A stretch of DNA of 64,000 nucleotides from an uncultured delta proteobacterium (GTDB lineage: Bacteria; Desulfobacterota; Binatia; UBA9968): the NCBI GenBank assembly GCA_963737905.1, contig CAVTUQ010000008.1, forward strand, positions 160,001-224,000, given 5' to 3'. How positions within the stretch are numbered: position 1 is the first letter of the stretch; the number at the start of each line of letters is the position of its first letter. Below, piece by piece: positions 18,702 through 28,582 of this stretch. A model generated the notes under the pieces. That model had not been told where the DNA came from. It was given only the letters and a program-made list of their open reading frames with translations, and searched no databases. The position numbers and the translations under genes were made by a program.

Positions 18702-19754
18702 TTAAGTGCTCGCAATTGGTCGCTCCACTCGCAACCGTTGTAGCTCAGTCTGCAATGTAGTGATCTCGTCGCGCTGGGCGACCAACTGCTCCAGACTTTC
18801 GATGGCCGCCAGCACGAGCGCTCAAAAGGCCACGTTGGTTCCGAGCTGCACGAGCTGGCGAGCAAAGGCTGTGTTGGCGAGACGAGTGGCAACATCCGGG
18901 TCGCCAGAGACTCGAGTGGCGACGTGGTGGTACACGATGCAATCAGCGGCGGTTCGATAGTCTAGCAGTTCGAGTACCTCCGCGTTGATTAAATGAGGCC
19001 CTCGCGGCGACAAAACTCTACCGTCAAATTTGCCCGTCACATTGATCGACCGGCGACTGAGGATCGTGGCAAAAAATTCCGACAAGTCAGCCCAAGTCAC
19101 CTCCGACAGCTGATGTACTGCGGCTAATCCCAGCGTATTGATTTTCTCTATGGCGCTCTCTGCAAGGCCCTTGGCGTCCGTGGGTTCCATGAAGCGTTTC
19201 CTGGGAAAACGGGGGTCTCCATCGAGCAATAGTCGGCACAACTGATTGTCGATGACTGGTGCAATGGTCGGTTCGGCCAGGAATGTCTCTAGTGTTCCTT
19301 GGGCGTAGCGATGAACATCGTATGGGTGCCAGACAGTGAGATCCGTAACCCTCCAGTACGCGTAGAGTGAAAGTATGCGGGAGCGTGGTTCGCGAACAAC
19401 CGTGGCTATGGCAGAGGACGGCGCGAGCCTCAGCAGGGTCGGGAGGCAGAAGTGACCACTGACGAGGCCGTAGTTGTGTAGGGATTGCACCTCCGTCTCA
19501 TTTGTAGCGATGAGTGCCCGCGCCTCGGGCCGCAGACGGTCGAAGTCGGTAAAGTCACAGAACGAGGAAACGTCGAAGCGCTTCGGCGCGATGGACCCCT
19601 TGGGCAGCGCCGTTTCAAGCGCTACGTGAATGCTCATTCCCGCGGACTTAGGGACGTGAAGGAAGCAGTGAGGAAAAGTATGATTTGAAAGCGTATCGAC
19701 ACCAAGCGTTGTGCCGGAATCCCCCGTTGATCGAGCCGTTTTTTACGTATACAT
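18702..19754 (-). pseudogene. Sulfotransferase family protein with in-frame stops (core ORF 18822-19637)
   Basis: The PAPS-binding motif FLHVPKSAGMS lies in frame upstream of ATG 19637, with SGHF and VVREPRSRILSLYAY downstream. ATG 19754 is followed by TAA at codon 4. A coiled-coil-like frame continues past TGA 18822 to 18702. Confidence 0.65.
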
Positions 19755-19860
19755 TACACCGCCGCAGGCGAGCTTACAACACGGCGAACGCCAAACCGTC
19801 CGTCGTTGGGGTCGATCGCATTTCTGCGCTCGATGATCACCCAGCCCGCCTATGCAGGGT

Positions 19861-22437
19861 TTACCTCAATACTCGCCGCGCGGCGGCCTCGACTCCGCTG
19901 GCGGCGCGGAGGACGAGATGGTCTTCCGGATTATGCTGTCGCACCTGAGCCAAGATCTCGATTGTCTGGTGTGCTCGTCCGCACTCGAGTAGGAGCGCGG
20001 CCTTGGCGCACTCGAGCATGCCCTTCGCGTATCCCGAGAAACGCCCAATCGCGCGGTCCATGAGTTCGATCTTGTGCTCAACCGGCAGGTCCCATAACTT
20101 TACCCGGAGTATATGCGGGGGAATGGGGCGAGTGTGCAGATACACCGTCGTGTTGTATTCGACAAACGCGACGTACTCAAAGTAATCCGCCAAATATTCC
20201 ATGGTCACCGCGAGCCATGGGCACCACTCGAAGACAAGATCTTGCTGGATGACCACGGATCGTCCGGGAATAAGGCAGGGGAAAAAGTCCGTCAGGAGCA
20301 TGTCATTGATGGACCAGTGCTTGGAAATGTCGATAAACATGATCTCGATGGGCTCGCCGGTCCACCCGATCTGGCAGATATCTCCTTGGTTCACTCGTAG
20401 GAGTGACGCCACGGCGCGCGTATTGGCATCGAAGACGGGCCGAAAGCTCTCACCGTTCGCGCAGTTTATGCCCAGCGGTTTCAGGTAGTGCTCGATCATG
20501 TAGGGATCACTTGCGAACAGGTCGTAAACGTGGATGTGCGCGCGTTCCGTGGCATGGCCACCGTCAATCAAACCTCGTGCGAGCGATAAGGTTGAGCCCC
20601 CTAGGAAACAGCCGCCGTCAACGATCTCGCCGGCTCCGGTGTAGTAGTCGCGCGCCAACCAGTAAAGCAGCGCGCGCTCGGCAGTGGAAAGCATGGTCGT
20701 AACGTTAAGCACTTCCAGCGGAATTGTCGCAGCACGCCAGGGAGCCGCGTGCAGTGAGCGCGTGTTGATATTGGAAACCCCCTTCCACTCTGCAGGCTGG
20801 CCGGTAACTTCTCCCATGAAGCGCGCAAATTTTTCGAACGTCTCCTTAGCCATGCGGGGTGTCCCATCACGCTTGGTGATGGACAGGTTACTCCGGTCGT
20901 CGTCATGCTTGTCGAACCCAGGCATCCCTGCTTCACGCAGAGTATAGAAGAGAATGGCCTCTACTCCATGCCGGCGCAGATAACCAGCATCGACCTGATC
21001 GAAGAACGCGTCCCACAGATCCTCCCAGACGATGCTCGGAAGGTCGTCAGGGAGTTCAGGCTCACTGCGCTCGCGGATGAAACGCGTAAACTCTTTGACT
21101 GGGGTGTTGTGCTTGCCAAGTTTTTTAGTACCGATTCCGAACTCGGTGAGCCAAAGCTTCTTACCGAAAAGACTTTGTCCCTGGACAGGATCGCGCGTAA
21201 GAGCTGCAACCTCCTCCAGGAAGTCAAAGCGCTTGAAGTAGGCCCGTGCGAATTCCCGAGGCGACGCCCGCGTCCAGTCCGACTTGTCAGCAGCCGAAAC
21301 AAAGTTGGCATCCCAGATATCATGAAAGGGCCAATGATAGGGGTGCAGACCGATCCTGTCTACGTAGGCAAACGCGTTAGGGACAGCGCGGGCCATTCGG
21401 ATCAGGTAGTCGAGATTGTTGTGGGTTACGCCACCAGACACGATCAACAAGGGCGCTGCTCCTTGCCGGGCTTCATCGCGGAGCGCGTAGGACATGTGCT
21501 CCTGAAATTCGGCAAAGCACTTGACGTACCAATCGAACTTGCGTCCCCAACGAAAGTCGAGGACGGGCGTGACGGGAGGGTGAAGAAGTTGCCACTCCCC
21601 ATCCTGTTCCTGATAGCCCCACGGCGCAGTCTCGAATTCTGCCGAGGCTACGTCAGTCTCCGGGATCTGGGGGAGATGAAGCTCGGTCACATACTTCCCC
21701 AGGGGATGAGCATCGGGATTGGCGGCTCGCTCAATCCGCATCTCGTCCGGTATCCATTCGTAGTCCGGCTCGTTGCAAATCTCGAAGGCCATGACCGCGG
21801 GATTTGATGCTGGAGTAGTTGCTGGTTGTTGCGTGACGTAGCGGCGCACCATGACGCGCAGCAAGTGAATATGAACCAAGAGATAGCGGTGCCACAGGCT
21901 GGCGAATGTGTACCCTCGCCCCATGGCCTGGAGCGTTGAGGCTGCCGGGGCCTCGATGAGCCAGCGCGGTGGAAACTCGACCATGGTCAACAACAGCCGA
22001 ACATGGTGGTGGGGATCGGACTCGCTTGCGTTGTATTGCTCGACCCCAGTTACGTAATCGTCGATGGCTTCGAAATCCAGGGGAGCTCCGGCGAAGTTGC
22101 GATCCTGTGCCAGGCCTGCCAGCAACCGGTCAAGCAGATTGTCGCACTGATCCAGCCGGGCCGCTCGTTCGGCCGCCGTATGAAGATAGACGGGTTTCTC
22201 GCCCTTTTGCCACAAATGGGAGCCCAGAATCGTCCTGATTTCACTGCCCGGACCTTCGCCAAGAATAGAAGCGGCCCCGAAAAAAACCCGGATCAGGTTG
22301 CCCCCGCGCTGACGAGTAATGGCGGCTTCCTGAAGCGCTACCTGCCGCTGAATCTGACGCCGCAAGAGAGCTTCTGTGACGCCGATGAGCTCCGGCTTAG
22401 GCCAGTCCACCCCGCCTACGCTGAACCCTGCGAACAT
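19861..22437 (-). CDS. Fusion of a clan GH-A-like glycoside hydrolase domain and a class I SAM methyltransferase
   Basis: FEICNEPD (acid/base), IGLHPY and LWLTEFG (nucleophile). C-terminal EIVDGGCFLGGST, HVYDLF and IMFIDISK. Confidence 0.75.
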   Translation of the reverse strand: MFAGFSVGGVDWPKPELIGVTEALLRRQIQRQVALQEAAITRQRGGNLIRVFFGAASILGEGPGSEIRTILGSHLWQKGEKPVYLHTAAERAARLDQCDNLLDRLLAGLAQDRNFAGAPLDFEAIDDYVTGVEQYNASESDPHHHVRLLLTMVEFPPRWLIEAPAASTLQAMGRGYTFASLWHRYLLVHIHLLRVMVRRYVTQQPATTPASNPAVMAFEICNEPDYEWIPDEMRIERAANPDAHPLGKYVTELHLPQIPETDVASAEFETAPWGYQEQDGEWQLLHPPVTPVLDFRWGRKFDWYVKCFAEFQEHMSYALRDEARQGAAPLLIVSGGVTHNNLDYLIRMARAVPNAFAYVDRIGLHPYHWPFHDIWDANFVSAADKSDWTRASPREFARAYFKRFDFLEEVAALTRDPVQGQSLFGKKLWLTEFGIGTKKLGKHNTPVKEFTRFIRERSEPELPDDLPSIVWEDLWDAFFDQVDAGYLRRHGVEAILFYTLREAGMPGFDKHDDDRSNLSITKRDGTPRMAKETFEKFARFMGEVTGQPAEWKGVSNINTRSLHAAPWRAATIPLEVLNVTTMLSTAERALLYWLARDYYTGAGEIVDGGCFLGGSTLSLARGLIDGGHATERAHIHVYDLFASDPYMIEHYLKPLGINCANGESFRPVFDANTRAVASLLRVNQGDICQIGWTGEPIEIMFIDISKHWSINDMLLTDFFPCLIPGRSVVIQQDLVFEWCPWLAVTMEYLADYFEYVAFVEYNTTVYLHTRPIPPHILRVKLWDLPVEHKIELMDRAIGRFSGYAKGMLECAKAALLLECGRAHQTIEILAQVRQHNPEDHLVLRAASGVEAAARRVLR

Positions 22438-22560
22438 TTGTCTCCTTGTCTCTCTTTACTTTTTACGACTGTCGGAAGAACCCATCTCGCCTGCCCGTGG
22501 GTTACCGACACTATTTCCTAAAATAGTGCGGTGTCCTCAACGGTCCCCCAACCAGCGCAG

Positions 22561-23550
22561 TCAAGGATGCTCCTTGCGAAGCCACATCGACGCACCCTGC
22601 AGGGGTCCTAGACCAAGTCCTCCGAGGGCGCTCTCCACGATCTCTGGAAAGGTGGACAGAAAGTGGTGGTTCATAAAAACTACACGGAACGCTTTGTTGT
22701 ACATCAGAAAAGCCAGCAAAAGATATTGTTCATTCCAAAACCAGTTCCGTCCCACAACCCACTCGCGGGGGTACTCGCGTGGAAGGAAGATGTCGTGGAA
22801 GTGAATAAAGACACCTGCGGGCAAGGCCGGCAGCACGTGGAACAGGAGGTGATGAAGATCATTGCCGAGCTTGGAGACGTGGGAGGTGTCTACGAAGAGA
22901 ATATCTCCCGGTTTGAGATCCCGGTAGACGTCCATCGGTACGTCCTGCACGCGCTGCACCAATAGTTGTGAAAGACGACCGCCGATTTCCTGGAGCGTAG
23001 GCGTAGGGTAGGGCTCAATGCAGCGTACCTGGGTCACGCCATTTCGCTCGGCCGCGCGTAGTGCAATGTGCGTCGAAAACCCCGAGCCAACCTCTAATAC
23101 AATTGCTGGATAGTATCGACGAGACAGGCTGTAATAAATAATCGCGTCGAAGTTCGGGAAGAAGTTATTGTTCCAGTAAAACCCGGCGGTACCGGTCCCA
23201 GGGACGTTGGCGAGCTCAGAGGCGAATGGTGCGAGCTCCTTGAAGAGCGTGCGCATTCCTTCCGCGTCGAAAATAAAGGCCGGATTGAGGTAGCGAAGAC
23301 CTTCCCATAAGTTCGGCGCGAGGCTAGCTACCGTGGGTTGCGGCGAGTAGAAGTGGTCTTGCGTGACATGAAACCCGTGCGCTTCGAAGGCGTCAAACAC
23401 GTTTTTCTTCATCCACCAGTATTCTGTCCCGGTCCGCCGTAGCAGCTCGGCCAGCTGAGGAATAAGTTCGATCAACTCCGCCTCGGATAATTCGGCGAGA
23501 ATGGCTTTGAGGCTCTGGGCTTGGGTGTGGTGATCGACGCTCGACGGCAT
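22561..23550 (-). CDS. Class I SAM-dependent methyltransferase (Methyltransf_24-like)
   Basis: HFYSP, LEVGSGFST, CIEPYP, LFVDTSH, HFHDIFLPREYP and WNEQY. Confidence 0.85.
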   Translation of the reverse strand: MPSSVDHHTQAQSLKAILAELSEAELIELIPQLAELLRRTGTEYWWMKKNVFDAFEAHGFHVTQDHFYSPQPTVASLAPNLWEGLRYLNPAFIFDAEGMRTLFKELAPFASELANVPGTGTAGFYWNNNFFPNFDAIIYYSLSRRYYPAIVLEVGSGFSTHIALRAAERNGVTQVRCIEPYPTPTLQEIGGRLSQLLVQRVQDVPMDVYRDLKPGDILFVDTSHVSKLGNDLHHLLFHVLPALPAGVFIHFHDIFLPREYPREWVVGRNWFWNEQYLLLAFLMYNKAFRVVFMNHHFLSTFPEIVESALGGLGLGPLQGASMWLRKEHP

Positions 23551-23555
23551 CCTGG

Positions 23556-24455
23556 TTATCTCTCAGCGATCTGGTGAGCCCGGTAGGATCCTACTCGCCG
23601 GGGCACCTTCTGTAGCACGACAGCGGACTGATAGCTATGGCAAAGAGGTCGTATGTCAAGCAGGGTAAACACTCTGCCCCATACTCGATGCAGATAAGCA
23701 TTGGGGTGAAAGGTGTTACAGTTATAGGTTGATTCCGACGAGTAGTCGAAGACCAGCCGATCCTTGAGATCCCCTCCAACCTGATAGGTGGCACGGAACT
23801 CCTCCGACTGCATGAGGACGTTGCTGTATACCCACGTGGAAGGGAGAATATGCCATGTATCGTCATTATGAACCGTGGCGTAGAGAACACCGTTTGGCTT
23901 GAGGATACGCCGTAGCTCGTATAACCAGCCGAGCTCATACTCACTCATGTGGGTGAACACAGAGAATGCGGTCACGATATCGAAATAATCATCCGGGATT
24001 GGAAGCGACGGCATGGCGCTATTCTTGAATGCTGAGAATCCCGAGGGCAGATACTCGATGACCCAATCAACATTGTTGATGTTGACATCGCAGAGCATGA
24101 TCTCGGCCAGATCGTCGTCTTGAGCGTAAAAGTGCCGCGCAACTCGACCCGTGGCACCTCCAAAATCAAGTAACGTTCCTCCGCGCCATTCCACTGAAGA
24201 ACACGTTTCTTTGATTTTGAGGTAGTCACCAAGACCGGAGAGCCAATACTCGAAGTGATGCTCCCCATAGTAACCTTCGCGGTCCCGGCTGGAAGGAATT
24301 GGCATCGTGTCCCGATCGAGTATGGCTTCGATGGTGGCGGACGCAGCGAGTTTGGCCAGGTCTGGATCTTCAATCATGCTCTTCATGAAATCCCGGGGAA
24401 CTCCAACGGGAAGATCAAGTGGCCGACGTGTGCTAAAGATGTCTCTTAGGGCCAT
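23556..24455 (-). CDS. Class I SAM-dependent methyltransferase
   Basis: LLDFGGATGRVARH, AFSVFTHM and ELRRILKPNG. Confidence 0.85.
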   Translation of the reverse strand: MALRDIFSTRRPLDLPVGVPRDFMKSMIEDPDLAKLAASATIEAILDRDTMPIPSSRDREGYYGEHHFEYWLSGLGDYLKIKETCSSVEWRGGTLLDFGGATGRVARHFYAQDDDLAEIMLCDVNINNVDWVIEYLPSGFSAFKNSAMPSLPIPDDYFDIVTAFSVFTHMSEYELGWLYELRRILKPNGVLYATVHNDDTWHILPSTWVYSNVLMQSEEFRATYQVGGDLKDRLVFDYSSESTYNCNTFHPNAYLHRVWGRVFTLLDIRPLCHSYQSAVVLQKVPRRVGSYRAHQIAER

Positions 24456-24487
24456 GGTTTCTGTTCTGTTTTCCCGGTCCGGTACTC

Positions 24488-27400
24488 TTACCGTGCGATC
24501 AGATTGGCAGCCGGGCTTCCCGGTCGCCCCGCTAGCATCGGGCCACTGATCGCGGCAACAATACGCGCTAGCTCGGCTGAGGGTGCTACCTGAAGTTGTT
24601 CAAACAGGCTCTGATAGTTCCGGAAATCGTTCGCTTGCCGATGGCGGCTCACGGCACTTTGTCGGTAATAGAACAACGCCTCCGGTAACGTCTCGAGCTT
24701 GTAGCCCTTAAAGCACAGATTCAACAGAAACTCGTGGTCTTCCCAGGACGCGCGCTGGGTCGGGAAGCCTCCAAGCTTGTCGAAAACGGAGCGCTTGATG
24801 ACCATGGTAGCATCGCCGAAGGTATTTTCAAAAAACCCAGCTTCGGTGCAGCCGCCGATCGGTCGATAGGTGGACAGCACGTCTCGCTCGAATACCAGGA
24901 TTCTATCCGCGTTTACCACGTCGTAAGGACAGGTAACACAATCCGCATTAGAGCATTGTAAGGCGCGGACGAGAGCCGCGATAAAATCCTTTCCTTTCGG
25001 CTGGTTGTCGGCATCAAAGAAAAGTAAGAGCTCTTTGGACGCTTGCTCGGCGGCGAAGTTGCGCGCGGCCCCCGGCCCGCCATTTTCCGTGACGAGAAAG
25101 CGGAAGCGACGGTCACGATTGCGAGTTGCTATACGCTCAAACTGCTGCGACGCCTCCGCGGAACTTCCGTCGTTTACCAGGATAACTTCGAAGACGGGAT
25201 AGCTCTGGCACGCCAGGCCGGTTACCAGGGTTTCCAGATATCTGTGATGGTTGAAAAATGGGACGCACACCGAGACGCTCATAGCTCGGGCCGTTTCCCG
25301 CGCTGATGCAACCGTTCTCGCTTGGGACGCTGCCTCAATGTCGGCGTGCAGATCACACCAGACGCTCGCCGCGAGGCTTGCTGAATACTTATGCTCAAGG
25401 TTGCTGTGGTCAATCGCGTGGCGATGCCGGAGCCGTTCTGCCAGAGACACGGTCTGTGGCTCGAAGGACACCCGAGTATCGATCATCTCGGGTATGCCAC
25501 CAGCAGCGGCCGCGATAAACGGAATTCCGCTCTGTATGCACTCTAGGACCGTCAACGGATAGTTATCCACGATCGACGGGATGACAACTAACCCTCGCGT
25601 CTGGCGGATATAGTCGAGCGCCCGCGAATAGTCAAAATCATTGATAATGTTCATGGTCACAGTCGGCAGATCGCGCCGCAGCTCCTCCAGGTATTCGGCG
25701 GAGTCCCGGCCGAGCACTGACGCATGCTTACCAAGGAAAGAGACCGCCCGGGGCAAGCCGACGCCATCCTGCGCTAACTGGCGAAGCGCCTGGCCTAAGA
25801 TATGCAATCCCTTCCGTGTTTCCAGACGCCCGAAGAAAATCAGATGATCGTTATCGACTGCCACGCTGGCCCGAGGTGCTGTGATAACCTTGCCCGCCCA
25901 AGTATACGGGGTGATCCGGGCCGGTTGGGTAGAATGAACCAGATTCTCTCGCACCCACTGGAGCATGTAGTGGCTGGGACTGAGAAAAAGATCACAATGA
26001 CTCACGCAATAAGTTTCCGCCCAGATCAGTTTGGCCGTCTCGAAAGGATTAGCGCTGAACTGTTGCATACCTTCGTCAATCCACTTGGTGCACGAATGCG
26101 TCATGACCGTCAGTGTGGTACGACCGAACGCTATGCCGGTTTGCTTTGCTTTGATCGACCAGAAACCGTTGGCCTGCCAATCCTGGAAGTGGACCACGGA
26201 GAATTTAGCGTTGCGGAGATAGTCAAAGACTCGCCAGGAACGTTCGAGAAACCACGTCGAGCCAAAAACGAATCGTGTCACTGGAGGAGCGTCTGAGAGG
26301 GCGATGAAATTAATCCGCATCTTCGCATATGCATTTCGCCAATGTGCCTTCTGGCCATCGGTCACATCGCCGGTAAAGAATACACTCACAGGACGTCCAG
26401 CCTCCGCGAGGACACGTGCAAAATGATAACATGCGGTACCTATCCCCCCATTCTTTACAGGACCAACGATATCAGGCGTGACAATACAAATGCCGGTTTC
26501 GGGGGGGCGCGGGATAGGGGAGAAGGGGTCGAACTCTGACGTCGGTCCTTCTGTGAGAAAGTGAACGAGCGGATTGATCCCAAGACCCTTCAAGTGGGGC
26601 TTTTGCTCGAGATAAAAGCAGGTATCGAAGAGCGAATGAGGGTTGCGGCCTTCAGCGCCGCCGTTGGAGAGATAGTGGACCAAGGGATTGACGCCAGCCT
26701 CTGCTACGTCCGGGTTTGATTCGAGATAAAAAGAGGTATCGAAGAGCGGATGAGGGTTGCGGCCTTCAGCGGCGCCGTTGGTGAGATAGTGGACCAAGGG
26801 ATTGACGCCGGCCTGGGCTACATCCGGGTTTGATTCGAGATAAAAAGAGGTATCGAAGAGCGGATGAGGGTTGCGGCCTTCAGCGGCGCCGTTGGTGAGA
26901 TAATGGACTAGAGGATCAACTCCGGCCTGGGCCACATCGGGATTTCGCTGACAGTAGAAGGTGGCATCAAATAATCCGCTACTAGTGATCAGGGCGGCCT
27001 TATGGCCCAGATCGTATTGCCGAGTGAACAGTCTGCGGGCGGCTCTAAGAGCGCGTCGGGACAACCGTGGAACAACAACGCTGGTGGCGCTAATGACCGG
27101 CAGGCGGCTGGGTGTCTTCGGCGCGAGCGACTCCATCTCTCTACGAACGGAGCTGGAGAGGCGGCCAGGTGCGTGTCTCACGAATCTGACGCCGTGTTGT
27201 ATGGCGCGTAAGGGCCGGGTGATCTTCCATGAAACTGAACCTTGAAAAGCGCCGAGAGTTAGTTGTAGTTTCTGAAGCTCCGTGGAGCGGCGGTCAAGCT
27301 CGCGGCTGCATCGGACCTTGTCGTTCTCTAAGTGGTGAATCTCCTCCTTCCGAGACACCAGTTCAGCCTCCTGTGCAGTCAACAGGCCGCGCAGGTAAGC

Positions 27401-28582
27401 CAGTTCAGACTGCTGCCGCTGAACTTGATCCTCCACGTGGGCCAGCTTATCGCGGCTAGCCGCCAACTCATCCTCTTGAGCCCCCGCTCGATTCGCAAGG
27501 ACGGACAACCTATCACGCTCCGCTTTTAGCTCCGCCTGCACGTAGTTTAACTGGGCATCTCTCGCACCGAGTTCAAATCGCGTCTGCTCAGCTTGAGTGA
27601 CCGCAGATGTTAGGCTTGCTTCAAGCTCCGCGACTTTTTTATCCCGTGAGGCGATTTCTTGATCACGAAGAGCGATGCCCTGAGACAGACGACGCGTTTC
27701 TTCCTCGAGCGAAGAACCGCTTACCGGATACTTGGCTAGATGGAGCGGTAGCGACCAGGCGATCGTTGGATCAGGCTTGTGGCTTACTGGTTTTACATCT
27801 CCCCGCCACGCTACTCCCATAATCTGCATGGTCTGATATACCAATACCTGCCATCCTTGAGACCAAAGAAAATGTAATCCGGCTTCCACGTCAGGTGATG
27901 CGAGATCGTGAAAAACCATCATCGCGTTATTGTCTGCATGCTCCAGGCACTCGCGAGCGTCTCGCTCAGGAGCCGGCATCTCATGATCTCCGTCGATAAA
28001 AAAGAAATTCCACTTGGTGCCGGTGACTCTCGCAATCTCCCGGATTCCGTCTGGGCTTGCGATCGCGTACAAACGCACATTGCTTAAAACCCCGGCTGCG
28101 GCCAGTGATTCCCGGACACTCTTTACCTGCTCCGGGTTCTCCATAACCGGATCCATGACGTCAAGCGCGAGACCGGCCAAAGCTAAATGGCAGGTGGACC
28201 AGCCCATCCAGCTGCCTATCTCAAGGGCCGGCTTTCCGCGAAAGGGCAGGGCAAGATTGTAAAGGAGGATGGCCTCGTCTCGGTTCAAGAAACCAACCTC
28301 GGGGGCGCGACGGTCACAGTACCAGTTATGTCCGACTTCACGACGCAAGTAGGGCCACGGATGGTTGGCTTTATCACCGACTATCATGTTGGGAAAGCAC
28401 GAGTCGGGCATAACGACTGATAGCCCGTCAGACACATAGTCCCCAGCAGGGATGTCCATGCGGCTCGTGGGCAGTCGTCCTACCGCCATTTGGTTATCCT
28501 CTCCCATACACCCATATTCGCTGAATCTCGCCCGTCGCCGTAATCCGCAGGTGTGCACGAGGCAGAGGCGCTTACGAGACAT
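24488..28582 (-). CDS. Giant glycan protein: methyltransferase, coiled coil, 38-aa repeats, GT4 and GT2 domains
   Basis: LEIGSWMGWST and FIDGDH (MT). ~150-aa heptad region ending SVSWKITRPLR. FDxxFYLxxNPDV repeats. KNGGIGT and FFGRLETRKG (GT4). VILVNDGS and FFDADN (GT2). The true start may be a later Met. Confidence 0.88.
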   Translation of the reverse strand: MSRKRLCLVHTCGLRRRARFSEYGCMGEDNQMAVGRLPTSRMDIPAGDYVSDGLSVVMPDSCFPNMIVGDKANHPWPYLRREVGHNWYCDRRAPEVGFLNRDEAILLYNLALPFRGKPALEIGSWMGWSTCHLALAGLALDVMDPVMENPEQVKSVRESLAAAGVLSNVRLYAIASPDGIREIARVTGTKWNFFFIDGDHEMPAPERDARECLEHADNNAMMVFHDLASPDVEAGLHFLWSQGWQVLVYQTMQIMGVAWRGDVKPVSHKPDPTIAWSLPLHLAKYPVSGSSLEEETRRLSQGIALRDQEIASRDKKVAELEASLTSAVTQAEQTRFELGARDAQLNYVQAELKAERDRLSVLANRAGAQEDELAASRDKLAHVEDQVQRQQSELAYLRGLLTAQEAELVSRKEEIHHLENDKVRCSRELDRRSTELQKLQLTLGAFQGSVSWKITRPLRAIQHGVRFVRHAPGRLSSSVRREMESLAPKTPSRLPVISATSVVVPRLSRRALRAARRLFTRQYDLGHKAALITSSGLFDATFYCQRNPDVAQAGVDPLVHYLTNGAAEGRNPHPLFDTSFYLESNPDVAQAGVNPLVHYLTNGAAEGRNPHPLFDTSFYLESNPDVAEAGVNPLVHYLSNGGAEGRNPHSLFDTCFYLEQKPHLKGLGINPLVHFLTEGPTSEFDPFSPIPRPPETGICIVTPDIVGPVKNGGIGTACYHFARVLAEAGRPVSVFFTGDVTDGQKAHWRNAYAKMRINFIALSDAPPVTRFVFGSTWFLERSWRVFDYLRNAKFSVVHFQDWQANGFWSIKAKQTGIAFGRTTLTVMTHSCTKWIDEGMQQFSANPFETAKLIWAETYCVSHCDLFLSPSHYMLQWVRENLVHSTQPARITPYTWAGKVITAPRASVAVDNDHLIFFGRLETRKGLHILGQALRQLAQDGVGLPRAVSFLGKHASVLGRDSAEYLEELRRDLPTVTMNIINDFDYSRALDYIRQTRGLVVIPSIVDNYPLTVLECIQSGIPFIAAAAGGIPEMIDTRVSFEPQTVSLAERLRHRHAIDHSNLEHKYSASLAASVWCDLHADIEAASQARTVASARETARAMSVSVCVPFFNHHRYLETLVTGLACQSYPVFEVILVNDGSSAEASQQFERIATRNRDRRFRFLVTENGGPGAARNFAAEQASKELLLFFDADNQPKGKDFIAALVRALQCSNADCVTCPYDVVNADRILVFERDVLSTYRPIGGCTEAGFFENTFGDATMVIKRSVFDKLGGFPTQRASWEDHEFLLNLCFKGYKLETLPEALFYYRQSAVSRHRQANDFRNYQSLFEQLQVAPSAELARIVAAISGPMLAGRPGSPAANLIAR
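26540..26975 (-). repeat. ~4 copies of a 114-nt (38-aa) coding repeat FDTSFYLESNPDVAQAGVNPLVHYLTNGAAEGRNPHPL
   Basis: atgagggttgcggccttcagc at 26636, 26750 and 26864 (+ strand). Confidence 0.9.

Noticed and set aside
18822-18824. Selenocysteine or recoded TGA in the sulfotransferase
   Set aside because: It is not a catalytic Cys position, no SECIS-like hairpin is evident, and many intact genes here use TGA as stop.
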